The notes under the pieces: model-generated | What the model was told of the DNA's origin: nothing | The model's input: only the letters and a program-made list of their open reading frames with translations | Databases searched by the model: none | Shown here: piece after piece, positions 9,700-19,295 of the stretch | Position numbering within the stretch: the first letter of the stretch is position 1 | Layout of the letters: the number at the start of each line of letters is the position of its first letter | From: a virus | Lineage: Duplodnaviria > Caudoviricetes | Strand: one strand, 5' to 3' | Length of the DNA: 59,015 nucleotides | IMG/VR virus record: IMGVR_UViG_3300032053_000084 | Span: 1-59,015 of that record | Made by a program: the position numbers and the translations under genes

Positions 9700-10523
9700 T
9701 GGACAAAATTGTTTTAGTCGGTGAGATAGGTATTAACGCAAACGGTGATGTGGAAATTGCTAAAAAATTAATAGATGTAGCAAAAATAGCAGACTTTGAT
9801 TATGTGAAATTTCAGAAAAGATCCATTGATCTTGTTTATACAGAAGAAGAATTGAATGCCCCAAGGGAATCAAAATGGGGTACTACATTCAGAGAACAAA
9901 AGGATGGCCTGGAATTTGATCATGGTCAATATAATGAAATAAGTAGACATTGTATGAGGAATAAAATGAAATGGTTCGCAAGCCCGTGGGATGTTGAATC
10001 AGTAAGATTCCTTGAAAATTTTGACCCGCCTTATATAAAGATACCTTCCCCTCTTATTACTAAAATGGAATTACTGGAAGAAATAAAAAATACAGGAATG
10101 TCAGTTATCGTATCTACTGGAATGTCAACAAAAAATGAAGTTGATAAATGTGTTGACTATCTTGGAGATCAGGTTGAATACATTCTTGCGTGTACAAGCA
10201 CTTACCCCACACCTATTCAAGAAATGAATATGAATTTTATTAAAACCCTTAAAGAAGAATATCCAGAATATAAAATCGGATTTAGTAATCACAATCCAGG
10301 TCTTACATTTTGTATTATCGCAGGTGCGCTTGGTGCTGAAATGATAGAACTTCATATAACACTTGATCGTGCTATGTATGGATCAGATCAGGCTGCGAGT
10401 GTAGAGCCCGAAGGTGTTATGAAAATTGCTAAATATGCGAGAAGTATTCAAGCAGGCATGGGGGATGGAAAATGGACAATATTTCCAGGAGAAATTTCTA
10501 TACGAAAAAAACTCCGAAGATAA
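9699..10523 (+). CDS. neuB: N-acetylneuraminate synthase family (NeuB/SpsE-like), lacking the C-terminal AFP-like domain
   Basis: EIGINANG, VKFQKR, IVSTGMS, CTSTYP, IGFSNH, ELHITLDRAMYGSDQAASVEP. Confidence 0.88.
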   Translation: MDKIVLVGEIGINANGDVEIAKKLIDVAKIADFDYVKFQKRSIDLVYTEEELNAPRESKWGTTFREQKDGLEFDHGQYNEISRHCMRNKMKWFASPWDVESVRFLENFDPPYIKIPSPLITKMELLEEIKNTGMSVIVSTGMSTKNEVDKCVDYLGDQVEYILACTSTYPTPIQEMNMNFIKTLKEEYPEYKIGFSNHNPGLTFCIIAGALGAEMIELHITLDRAMYGSDQAASVEPEGVMKIAKYARSIQAGMGDGKWTIFPGEISIRKKLRR

Positions 10524-10524
10524 T

Positions 10525-11397
10525 ATGAGTAGAAAAATTTTAAGTGGACCGTCAAGCTGTATTTCAGGTCTTGTTTTGAAAGCAAAATTGAATTTAGGAA
10601 TAGGCTCTCTTATTCTAATGAAGGCACAGTTAGATGAAGTAAGAGATAAATTAAAGTTATATGTATCCCCTAATTGGGAATTGATAAACAAGTATCGTAA
10701 TGGAAGTGAAGATTATAAAAATTTCATACGAGAATTCTTTAAAATTTTATTCCCACCACCTTATATTATAACCGAAGATCAAGATTATCATGAAAGAGAT
10801 TATTGGTTATTTACTCATTTTGACAACATTCCTTTTATAATTCCAAAATGGAAAATCTTCACTAAAATATTCTGTAATCCAAAAATGCATATTGATATAG
10901 ATGAAAAATTTATAGTTATAACAACTAAAGTTAGATTATTCAAACAATCTAATTATAATAAAATAAAACCCATTATACAAGATGTAATAAAGGAATTAAG
11001 TAATAAATATAAGATTGTAGTGATGGGTGAAAAGGTTGTAGAAATGAATGCTGAATATTTACAATTACAAAAAAAAGATCAAATATTTTCTATATATAAT
11101 GATATTATTGAGTGTGTACCGAAAAATAGAATAATAGATACAACATATGATGGTCTTGGTATTACATCTCCTATTTTAAGCAGACTGAAAGAAGACTGTA
11201 CAATTATGAAAAATGCTGTTCGAACAATATGTATCGGTACGGGAGGGAATTTCATATTAGCGTTATCTTGTGGTTCTCCATTTATTTTAAGGCAACCAAA
11301 TATAAAAGAACCTTTTACTGAAATAACATTTAAAAATGATAATGATTATGTTATGAGCAATATAGAAAGATTTATTCAGGTTGGTAAAAGATTGTGA
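10525..11397 (+). CDS. Putative glycosyltransferase-like protein, paralog 3
   Basis: GIGSLIL, FIVITTKVR, DCTIMKNAVRTICIGTGGN; ATG 10525 follows the neuB stop. Confidence 0.5.
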   Translation: MSRKILSGPSSCISGLVLKAKLNLGIGSLILMKAQLDEVRDKLKLYVSPNWELINKYRNGSEDYKNFIREFFKILFPPPYIITEDQDYHERDYWLFTHFDNIPFIIPKWKIFTKIFCNPKMHIDIDEKFIVITTKVRLFKQSNYNKIKPIIQDVIKELSNKYKIVVMGEKVVEMNAEYLQLQKKDQIFSIYNDIIECVPKNRIIDTTYDGLGITSPILSRLKEDCTIMKNAVRTICIGTGGNFILALSCGSPFILRQPNIKEPFTEITFKNDNDYVMSNIERFIQVGKRL

Positions 11398-12380
11398 ATA
11401 AAATACCTAAAATAAAAGATTCTAACCAAAAATTTATTACTCCAAGAGAAGTTAAAAGAGAAATTACAATATATCCTCATTCTTTAAATATAAAACCTTG
11501 GTATAAAAAAGCTCTTCCGCAACCTGATTATGATTATGGTATTATACAGGCAAAATTAAATGCGGGGATTGGTGATCTTATTTACACTAAAGCAACACTC
11601 GATTCAATAAAACATAGGTTCAAAAGAATTATAGTTTCTGCTGATATGCATATGATTAGATTATATAGATCAAAAGAGTATGAGGATTTTGTATGGTATT
11701 TGTGTGAGCTTATGTTTTCGAAACCACCATACGAACTTACGAGAAATCAAAATCTCATAAATCGAAGTCAACATTCTTTATGGGAAGAAGATGGATTTTA
11801 TCCTGTAAGACCGAATAGAGAATATTTTTCAAAATTATTTTGTAGACCACTGAATGAAACATTTAGAAGAGATTATGTAGTAGTAACAACGAAAGTTAGA
11901 TGGTTCTCAAAAGTTAAATGGGAAGATACAAGAAATATTTTTTTCAATGCATTGAATACTATTTCATCAAAGTATGATATAATGATAATGGGTGAACAAA
12001 AGATAGAAGATACTTTAGAGTATAGGAAGATAAACAATAAAAGAAATGATGGTGGTGGTATATATACAATATATAAAGATTTGATAAAATATATAAACCC
12101 TGATGCCCTTATTGATAGAACAACACCATATATTTTGGTCAATCCCAGTATAAAACAATTTCATTATGATTGTTCTATTATGAATAAAGCACAAAAAGTA
12201 ATTTGTGTTGGTCATGGGGGAAATCATTGCCTTGCGCAATCCATATCAAACTGTATAACATTTCTTGATGATTTTAATAATTATACATTTATAGTAGAAC
12301 AAATGGTATATCCCAAAAACGATGATGATGCTGTAAGAGATATATATCTCTTAGATAAAATAATCAGAAAAATAAGATAG
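11394..12380 (+). CDS. Putative glycosyltransferase-like protein, paralog 4
   Basis: GIGDLIY, YVVVTTKVR, DCSIMNKAQKVICVGHGGN. Confidence 0.5.
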   Translation: MNKIPKIKDSNQKFITPREVKREITIYPHSLNIKPWYKKALPQPDYDYGIIQAKLNAGIGDLIYTKATLDSIKHRFKRIIVSADMHMIRLYRSKEYEDFVWYLCELMFSKPPYELTRNQNLINRSQHSLWEEDGFYPVRPNREYFSKLFCRPLNETFRRDYVVVTTKVRWFSKVKWEDTRNIFFNALNTISSKYDIMIMGEQKIEDTLEYRKINNKRNDGGGIYTIYKDLIKYINPDALIDRTTPYILVNPSIKQFHYDCSIMNKAQKVICVGHGGNHCLAQSISNCITFLDDFNNYTFIVEQMVYPKNDDDAVRDIYLLDKIIRKIR

Positions 12381-12386
12381 GAAATT

Positions 12387-13619
12387 ATGATAAAAGAAAT
12401 TGATAAATGTAGAATTTGTGGTAACACTGAATTGGTTCCGGTATTAGATATAGGAGAACATACAATATCCGCAGTTTTTCCTAAAACAAAAGATGAAAAG
12501 GTTATTTGTGGGCCATTAAGACTTGTTAGATGTAAAGGAGATAAGAAGAATACTTGCGGTCTTGTTCAACTAAAACATATTTTTGATCCAATGGATGTAT
12601 TTGGATGTAATTATGGTTATAGATCAAAATTGAATAGGCCAGCGGTTTCTCATTTATATGATATAGTTTCTAAAATATATGAGACAATAGATATAAAAAA
12701 TAGAGATATTATTGTTGATTTAGGTAGCAATGACGGAACAATGCTCGGAGCATATAAAACTAATGGTAATATTCTTGTAGGTATTGATCCTATTGGAAAA
12801 AGATTGAAAGAAAATTATCCTACTGGTTCAGTAATTATCCCCGAATACTTTTCAGAAAAGGGCTTCATAAATCATTTTGGTAATAAAAAAGCAAAAGTTA
12901 TAACTTCTATTTCCATGTTCTCAAATATAAACAATCCAATGGAGACAGCACAACAAATTTATAATATCCTTGCCGATGATGGTATATGGGTTTTAGAAGA
13001 TAATTCAATAATGGATATGATATTTTCTAATTCATATGATAATGTCTGTCACGAACATACAGTATATTATAGTATAAGTCAAATCAATTGGATTGCGAAT
13101 AAAATTGGATTTAAAATTATTGATGTAACAGAAAGTAAGGCAAGTGGTGGATGTTTTTTAATTACTCTTTCTAAAAAGAATGGAAATGGAATGGATTTAT
13201 CCAAATTATTGAATTATTTTGAAAGACATTTATATTCTGATAAAATATATAGAGATTTTGAATGTAATGTAATAACTCAGAGAAAAATTCTGGTTGATCT
13301 TATAGTAAATAAAATAAATGATAAAGGAAAAATTGTTATAGGTTATGGAGCATCATCAAGAGGAAATACAATTCTTCAATATTGTAATTTTACTGAAAAA
13401 GATATACCTTTTATTGTAGAAATAAATGAGGAGAAAATTGGTTCTTTTATGCCACAAACACTTATTCCTATAATATCAGAAAAAGAAGTTGAAAATATTA
13501 ATCCAGATTATTTTTTAATTTTACCTTGGTATTTCAAGGATAATATAATTGAGAAAGAAAAAAAATCAGGTAGAGGACTAATAATTCCTTTACCAATTGT
13601 AAGTGTTATAGGGGGATAA
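12387..13619 (+). CDS. NDP-hexose C-methyltransferase
   Basis: N-terminal CRICG Zn site, DLGSNDGTML, CHEH, GYGASSRGNT, ILPWYF. Confidence 0.88.
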   Translation: MIKEIDKCRICGNTELVPVLDIGEHTISAVFPKTKDEKVICGPLRLVRCKGDKKNTCGLVQLKHIFDPMDVFGCNYGYRSKLNRPAVSHLYDIVSKIYETIDIKNRDIIVDLGSNDGTMLGAYKTNGNILVGIDPIGKRLKENYPTGSVIIPEYFSEKGFINHFGNKKAKVITSISMFSNINNPMETAQQIYNILADDGIWVLEDNSIMDMIFSNSYDNVCHEHTVYYSISQINWIANKIGFKIIDVTESKASGGCFLITLSKKNGNGMDLSKLLNYFERHLYSDKIYRDFECNVITQRKILVDLIVNKINDKGKIVIGYGASSRGNTILQYCNFTEKDIPFIVEINEEKIGSFMPQTLIPIISEKEVENINPDYFLILPWYFKDNIIEKEKKSGRGLIIPLPIVSVIGG

Positions 13620-13620
13620 T

Positions 13621-13920
13621 ATGGCAGAAACATTGGGTATGTTGATGGATCGTTTAGGTGTCGCAAATTTAAAAATGTGGCAGTGTCAAGAAGTCTTATA
13701 TGAAATTCGAAGATTTACATTTGAAGAGTTTATGACAAAGTATTATTCAGAAGATGGTATGAAAATCCTTTTTGATATATTCAAGAAAGCGTGTGATCTG
13801 AATTATCAGCGCAATCAATTGATTGATGAAATAGATAAAACCGTTGTTACTATGATAAAAGATGGAGTAGATAAAAAAGACTTGGATAAATATATTCAAT
13901 TGAAACATAAAACCTATTAG
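13621..13920 (+). CDS. Small helical protein, DUF4254-like
   Basis: ETLGMLMDRL...LKMW and LNYQRNQLIDEID. Confidence 0.5.
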   Translation: MAETLGMLMDRLGVANLKMWQCQEVLYEIRRFTFEEFMTKYYSEDGMKILFDIFKKACDLNYQRNQLIDEIDKTVVTMIKDGVDKKDLDKYIQLKHKTY

Positions 13921-13931
13921 GAGAAAATGTT

Positions 13932-14348
13932 ATGTGTGGATATGATGAATGGAAGAAAGAAAATAAAACTAAACTCAAAAGGAAAATGGTTATTTATGTA
14001 GATGTGGATGAAACGGTAGCAATCACCCCTGAAAATAGAGATTATAATCAATCTATACCAAATAAAGAAATGATTTCAAACATCAATAGATTGGCTCATA
14101 TGGGCCATGAAATTCACTATTATACCGCAAGGGGATCAGGGTCCGGTAAGGATTGGTTCAATGTTACATATGATCAATTGGTTTATTGGGGTTGTAAATT
14201 TTTTGGCTTAACAATGGGAAAACCGATGTATGATTTTATTATAGATGATCGTTCTTTACGACCAGAAGAAACAGAATGGTTGATCAAAACAACACAAAAA
14301 ATGATGTGCGATGAAATTGATGCGGATATTGATGCGGAGATTATATAA
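13932..14348 (+). CDS. HAD-superfamily phosphatase (capsule-locus type)
   Basis: DVDET, YTARG, GKP, IDD. Confidence 0.8.
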   Translation: MCGYDEWKKENKTKLKRKMVIYVDVDETVAITPENRDYNQSIPNKEMISNINRLAHMGHEIHYYTARGSGSGKDWFNVTYDQLVYWGCKFFGLTMGKPMYDFIIDDRSLRPEETEWLIKTTQKMMCDEIDADIDAEII

Positions 14349-15235
14349 TGAAAATTGTTCCAAAAGTAATAAATGGGATGAAATTGTTTTTAGTTGAAGG
14401 CTGGCCCGGTATTCATTCTGAACTTATACAATGGAATGGTAAGGATGGGGAAGAGCCTCGCGAGCCGGAATTCATGTATGTTTTCAAGAAAGAACTTCCG
14501 GTAGATGGTATCATTATAGACCTTGGAGCAAACATTGGATACAATACCCTTTCAGCATCAAAACTTATAAAAGAAAAAAATGGTAAGGGAAGAATATATT
14601 CTATTGAACCGGATTCACGAAATATAGAACTTCTCGAAAGGGCTGTCAAGGAAAATAAGTGTGAGGATATAGTTTCTATACATCGTTGTGCTATCTATAA
14701 CAAAACTGGAAGAAAAGCGTTACATTTATCCAATCAAACAAATTTGAATAGTCTTATAAAAACAGAAAATACTATACAAACAATTGAAGTAGAAACATTT
14801 ACCTTAGAAGATTTTATGAGCGGAAAAGGATATCCGAATTTTATCAAAATGGATGTTGAAGGAGCAGAAGTAGAAGTCCTGGAAGGCGGTATGAAATTAT
14901 TTGAGAATAATTTTCCGTGTGGTATATTGATGGAAACACACCAAAAGATGTATACACCACAAAGAAACTTATCAAAACAATTGAAAAAATTGGTAGAAAA
15001 TGGGTTCAATATAAAAACAGTTATGAGCGCAGGGGTAGCAATACCCGATGTATTCAAAAAATATAAATATTATCCATCAATGATTTTTAATTCTGGTATA
15101 TTCAGCAGAGGATTATATAATGATATATCAAATGAACACGCTATTGAATTTGCTTCTAATATAATATATCAAAAAACTTCAACAGGTCATATTTCCCCGA
15201 AAGTGGTAAGAAGTATTTTGATTGAGAGAAAATAA
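14348..15235 (+). CDS. FkbM-family methyltransferase
   Basis: IDLGANIGY, SIEP, IKMDVEGAEVEVLEG. Confidence 0.9.
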   Translation: MKIVPKVINGMKLFLVEGWPGIHSELIQWNGKDGEEPREPEFMYVFKKELPVDGIIIDLGANIGYNTLSASKLIKEKNGKGRIYSIEPDSRNIELLERAVKENKCEDIVSIHRCAIYNKTGRKALHLSNQTNLNSLIKTENTIQTIEVETFTLEDFMSGKGYPNFIKMDVEGAEVEVLEGGMKLFENNFPCGILMETHQKMYTPQRNLSKQLKKLVENGFNIKTVMSAGVAIPDVFKKYKYYPSMIFNSGIFSRGLYNDISNEHAIEFASNIIYQKTSTGHISPKVVRSILIERK

Positions 15236-15541
15236 ATGCCAGAAAATTTTGATGATATACTTGAACCTGATATTCCAGAAACCGATGATGATTCTGAAAT
15301 TGAATTTGATGATGATATATCGTTAGAAGAGATTATCAAAGAAGTTATAGAACTTTTAGAAGAATATAAAAATGATAATGATGCTTGGGAAATTGTTGAT
15401 GACGAAGATGAAGACGAAGATGAGGATGAGGATGAGGATGAGGATGATAAAAAATGGGACTCTAAAGAAGTAGAAGATTATTTATGGAAACGGAAAGAAA
15501 GATGGAAAAAAGAAGATGAAGATGAAGCAAACGGATGCTAA
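15236..15541 (+). CDS. Highly acidic protein with (DE)n tract
   Basis: Asp/Glu-dominated; GATGAG-type microsatellite near 15400-15447. Confidence 0.65.
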   Translation: MPENFDDILEPDIPETDDDSEIEFDDDISLEEIIKEVIELLEEYKNDNDAWEIVDDEDEDEDEDEDEDEDDKKWDSKEVEDYLWKRKERWKKEDEDEANGC

Positions 15542-15556
15542 AAAGGAGAAAATATA

Positions 15557-15805
15557 ATGTTTGATGATATAATTAGTAAATCAGTAAAAGTTTGTGATAT
15601 TCTTCAAGAAGGAATGTATATCATCTATGTTGATAAAGATATTAGTATTCACCATAGAATGATTTTTGATGAAATCAAAAAAATAATTCTTGATACTGAA
15701 TGGTGGTTAGACCTAATTAATAAAGATACAATTATTCATACAAGAGTTTGGAAATATTATAAAGATGGTCAACATTTTATATATCCATTTTATAGGGGGT
15801 TATAA
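15557..15805 (+). CDS. Hypothetical protein (MFDDII N-terminus)
   Basis: AGGAG RBS; stop overlaps the next start. Confidence 0.6.
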   Translation: MFDDIISKSVKVCDILQEGMYIIYVDKDISIHHRMIFDEIKKIILDTEWWLDLINKDTIIHTRVWKYYKDGQHFIYPFYRGL

Positions 15806-16356
15806 TGCTTTGTATTGATATCGGTGGAGCTAAAAGATTTACAGAAACAATAATTCCCTGGAAAGTATTAGATTTGAAAGGAGAAGATTATAAATATGAT
15901 CTCAATTCAGGACAACCTTTTCCTCTTGAAGATAATAGTGTTGATAATTATTATACTTCTCATACTCTCGAACATATAGATATAAAAAATTTATTATTTG
16001 TATTCAAGGAAATTTGTAGAACATTGAAACAAAAAGGCTTGGTTCGTATAGTAGTGCCTAATTTTGAAATAGGTATGTTATGGTATCAGAATAGAAATAA
16101 ATTATTGTTTGATAAACTGGCACCGGGGGTTCCACATCATTATCCACCAACATATCTTGGTAGACTTACAGCGTGGATACTTACCCCTAACGATCACAAA
16201 GGGGCATTTGATAAAGAAACTCTTGAATGGTATTTGAATACAGCAGGATTTGTAAATATAAAGAAAATGAAATATGATTCTCATTCTGCTATATTTGAAG
16301 GAAAGGATTTTATCAGATATTCTATGTATTCTCTTTATTATGAAGCACAAAAATAG
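15805..16356 (+). CDS. Class I SAM methyltransferase
   Basis: IDIGG, DNSVD..YTSHTLEH, RTLKQKGLVRIVVP. Confidence 0.82.
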   Translation: MLCIDIGGAKRFTETIIPWKVLDLKGEDYKYDLNSGQPFPLEDNSVDNYYTSHTLEHIDIKNLLFVFKEICRTLKQKGLVRIVVPNFEIGMLWYQNRNKLLFDKLAPGVPHHYPPTYLGRLTAWILTPNDHKGAFDKETLEWYLNTAGFVNIKKMKYDSHSAIFEGKDFIRYSMYSLYYEAQK

Positions 16357-16972
16357 CGTTGTTATGATGTATTCCCGCTAATATATAAGAATAGGGTATA
16401 ATTTTTTCTTCAATATTATTCAATCCAATCCAAGGATATTCTATACATAATATCTTTGGTTTTGTAGGTAAAATTCCTTCTAACGCTTGTAATTCATGCC
16501 CCTCAACATCTAACACAAAAAGATCAATTCCTTTTCTTCTTATATCTTTACCTATAGATTTCCATAATGATGAAAATTTTATACATTGAACATCATATGT
16601 TTCAAATTTATAATTCAATCTTTTCAAATCAGCCAAATGTTCTTTTGTATGGGTCAAAGAACCATTTCCAAAAAATTCTAATTTATGATGTATTGGATAT
16701 AAAAATGATGCTTTTTCTTCTTTATCTGAAAGAGCAAAATTAGAATTGAAACATTTAGGTCTATTTTCTACAAGGCGAGTATACATTTTTGGGACAGGTT
16801 CAATATTGATACCTGTCCATCCAAGAGTTTCTTCAAAAAATTTACAGGAAGAATCAATAACACCTTCCCCCGCACCACATTCAACAAAAAAACCGTCTCG
16901 TTTATTATTGATAAAATTATCGTTCAAATAACTATCAATCCCTTTTTGTCCGTAGTATTTGTGTTTTTCCAT
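16322..16972 (-). CDS. FkbM-family methyltransferase
   Basis: FFVECGA, GWTGINIEP, LDVEGHE. Confidence 0.88.
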   Translation of the reverse strand: MEKHKYYGQKGIDSYLNDNFINNKRDGFFVECGAGEGVIDSSCKFFEETLGWTGINIEPVPKMYTRLVENRPKCFNSNFALSDKEEKASFLYPIHHKLEFFGNGSLTHTKEHLADLKRLNYKFETYDVQCIKFSSLWKSIGKDIRRKGIDLFVLDVEGHELQALEGILPTKPKILCIEYPWIGLNNIEEKIIPYSYILAGIHHNNAIFVLHNKENT

Positions 16973-17331
16973 TTCTTTTTCCCAAACATTACCAATCCAA
17001 CCAAACCGCTTCCCAATAGCAACATTGTAGATGGTTCAGGTACAGGAGAAGTGTTACAATGCGTTCCTTCATAACTAAAAACATGATTGAAAGCAAAAGA
17101 ATAATCTATACTATTACCCGTATAAACATTTTCTCCAAAAGAAGGAAAAGTATTTGGAAAATTATTTATTTCGTTATGAATGGAAAACATCCACGGATCT
17201 AAATAATTATTTAGAAATTCTGACCCAAAACTTTCCCAACAATTTTCCGTTGTAGTGGGTATAGTTATAGCATAAGATAACGATACACTGAATAACAAAA
17301 TTACAATCACCAAAAACATTTTCTTCAACAT
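16924..17331 (-). CDS. PEP-CTERM protein
   Basis: N-terminal signal peptide; PVPEPSTMLLLGSGLVGLVMFG followed by KKKWK. Confidence 0.88.
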   Translation of the reverse strand: MLKKMFLVIVILLFSVSLSYAITIPTTTENCWESFGSEFLNNYLDPWMFSIHNEINNFPNTFPSFGENVYTGNSIDYSFAFNHVFSYEGTHCNTSPVPEPSTMLLLGSGLVGLVMFGKKKWKNTNTTDKKGLIVI

Positions 17332-17454
17332 ATTTACTCCTTTTCTTTTTCCTTGAATTTTTCCAAGTCAATGATTCCACAAATCAAATTATTATGTGGA
17401 ATATAAACAACCCCCTGCTTCGGAAATTGTAATATCTTCTTGTCCTCTTTTTTC

Positions 17455-18024
17455 TTACGGTTTCCTATAAAGAAATTGATAATCCCTGTAACAATTTTCA
17501 TAACCAATTATTTCCATATAAGGAATAACTTCTTTTCCCTTACCTATAAGAGTTTGTGTATCTAATATATCATCAATCAAAACAAGTGATCCGCTTTTCA
17601 ACATTGGTTCGCATTTCAGAAATGCTTGAAGATGCATTTTAGAACTTTTATCTAATTCTTCTTGATTTCCCAAATAATCCCAAGCATCCAAATATAAAAG
17701 ATCAATCTTTTTCAATTCAAAACTATCTAAAAAAGACATAGCATCAGCACAAACAAGAAAAATATTATTAGTTGATATTTCATAGAATTTTATCAATGCA
17801 GACGAAACATTGATTGTTTGAGGATCAATATCAATAGAAATCAATGATCCGCCGTATTGTGCTATTTGATATGCCCAATGAATTGTAGAATAACCATCAC
17901 CTTCACATCCATCAAGAACTCTCGTCATCCCAAATTCTAAAATTATTGGTTTATCTTTATTCAACAATTCAAAACATTTTTCCATAGAATTTTTTCTACG
18001 GCTTGAAAACGGTGGTTGTATCAT
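17455..18024 (-). CDS. Class I SAM methyltransferase
   Basis: ILEFG, SIDID, IDLLYLD, LVLIDD. Confidence 0.78.
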   Translation of the reverse strand: MIQPPFSSRRKNSMEKCFELLNKDKPIILEFGMTRVLDGCEGDGYSTIHWAYQIAQYGGSLISIDIDPQTINVSSALIKFYEISTNNIFLVCADAMSFLDSFELKKIDLLYLDAWDYLGNQEELDKSSKMHLQAFLKCEPMLKSGSLVLIDDILDTQTLIGKGKEVIPYMEIIGYENCYRDYQFLYRKP

Positions 18025-18142
18025 AAATCCTTTCGGGGCGCCTCGGAGTGGTGGTTTTCCACAGGATACTTTTGTTTTCTCCCTAAACCATTTTTGTCCG
18101 ATATTGGTAAGAAGATAAAGTATTTACACGGCGCACAATATA

Positions 18143-18364
18143 TTAGGGATGACCCTTTCCTGCATGTCCAGTGTTGTTACTTGCCGGGTTGCCCGTTGAG
18201 GGTGGAGGGGGATTGTTATTCCAAACATTCGGATTTGGTGCTGTCCAAAATTGTTGCGGTTGTCCAGAATCCCATCCTTCAGCCTCCGTATTTCGTGGAG
18301 CATTCCTTCTTTGATTTTCTCTCAAAAATGGATCATTATTCGGGCTCAAAAGATCATCAAACAT
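18143..18364 (-). CDS. Low-complexity hypothetical protein (MFDDLL N-terminus)
   Basis: Lies directly downstream of the promoter at 18403-18431; GGGG RBS. Confidence 0.55.
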   Translation of the reverse strand: MFDDLLSPNNDPFLRENQRRNAPRNTEAEGWDSGQPQQFWTAPNPNVWNNNPPPPSTGNPASNNTGHAGKGHP

Positions 18365-18402
18365 TTCATTTTCCCCTTATTATTATTTTCAACTCTATAT
18401 AT

Positions 18403-18431
18403 ATTATAACACATTTCAACTATATTGTAAA
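18403..18431 (-). promoter_or_regulatory. Sigma70-type promoter
   Basis: TTTACA-17 nt-TATAAT. Confidence 0.75.
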
Positions 18432-18626
18432 CTATGGTTTACAGCCTTTACAGTTACCGCAAGAAACATCTTCATCATCAGCGTCATCTTCAAATTTCCA
18501 ATTTGTAGTCCCTAAAGTTTTACTGATTGATTTTTTCATTGCGTCAAGAGTTTCATCATCATCTGTTATTTTTGGTTTTGGTGGTTCTGGAAATAATCCA
18601 CTATTTCCGATTATATCATCAAACAT
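18432..18626 (-). CDS. Hypothetical protein (MFDDII N-terminus, C-terminal CxxCxxC)
   Basis: AGGAG RBS, operon position. Confidence 0.55.
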   Translation of the reverse strand: MFDDIIGNSGLFPEPPKPKITDDDETLDAMKKSISKTLGTTNWKFEDDADDEDVSCGNCKGCKP

Positions 18627-19035
18627 TTTTTTCTCCTTCTAACCATTTTATCGTTTCAGGGGCTACATTTGCGGGGGATTTACCAAACCAATAACCTTCC
18701 CAATGTATAAGTCTTCCAATACGATCTAATTGTTTTTTATTTGTTGTTTTCAATAAAATACCAAAATAAATAAAACCTTTATCTGCGGGTTCAAAATCTA
18801 TTACCTCCGCAAGATAATATGGGGATTGTTCTTTATATCTTCTTTCACAAAGGACAATTTGTTCACCTATTTTATATTTAGGTGCGGGAATTTGTTTATT
18901 TCTTTTTGCTTTTATATGACGATCAATATAATCTTCACGTGCTTTAGGTCTTACACCCGCCCATTTATCATCCCCAACATGAGTAATTCCAAGGCTCCTA
19001 TCTGTCAATTTTGATTGATCCATTATGTTCTCCAA
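18619..19035 (-). CDS. Hypothetical protein
   Basis: ORF packed in the minus-strand operon. Confidence 0.55.
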   Translation of the reverse strand: MENIMDQSKLTDRSLGITHVGDDKWAGVRPKAREDYIDRHIKAKRNKQIPAPKYKIGEQIVLCERRYKEQSPYYLAEVIDFEPADKGFIYFGILLKTTNKKQLDRIGRLIHWEGYWFGKSPANVAPETIKWLEGEKNV

Positions 19036-19286
19036 ATATTAGCAGTAGATGGATAATCTGGCGAATCGTCTTCTTCCTCTTCCTCTTCCTTTTCTTCTTT
19101 GAAGTATTCATTTATTTCATCTTCTTCCGCATTCCAATCAATAATTCTTCCAGTTTCAGTGTCAATTGACAATTGAACATAATCACCACCACCAAAAAAT
19201 TCTGGAACATAACCCTGAAATTCTCTTCCATTTTCATCCCACATACTAAAACAATCAGAACATTTTGCTGAAATATTGATAATCAT
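19023..19286 (-). CDS. Hypothetical protein with acidic tail
   Basis: AGGAG RBS; KCSDCF and GYVP..GGDYV motifs. Confidence 0.6.
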   Translation of the reverse strand: MIINISAKCSDCFSMWDENGREFQGYVPEFFGGGDYVQLSIDTETGRIIDWNAEEDEINEYFKEEKEEEEEEDDSPDYPSTANIWRT

Positions 19287-19295
19287 TTTATTCTC

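Noticed and set aside
18016-18642. 208-aa plus-strand ORF
   Set aside because: It is antisense to RBS- and promoter-supported genes, crosses a promoter and has no recognisable motif.
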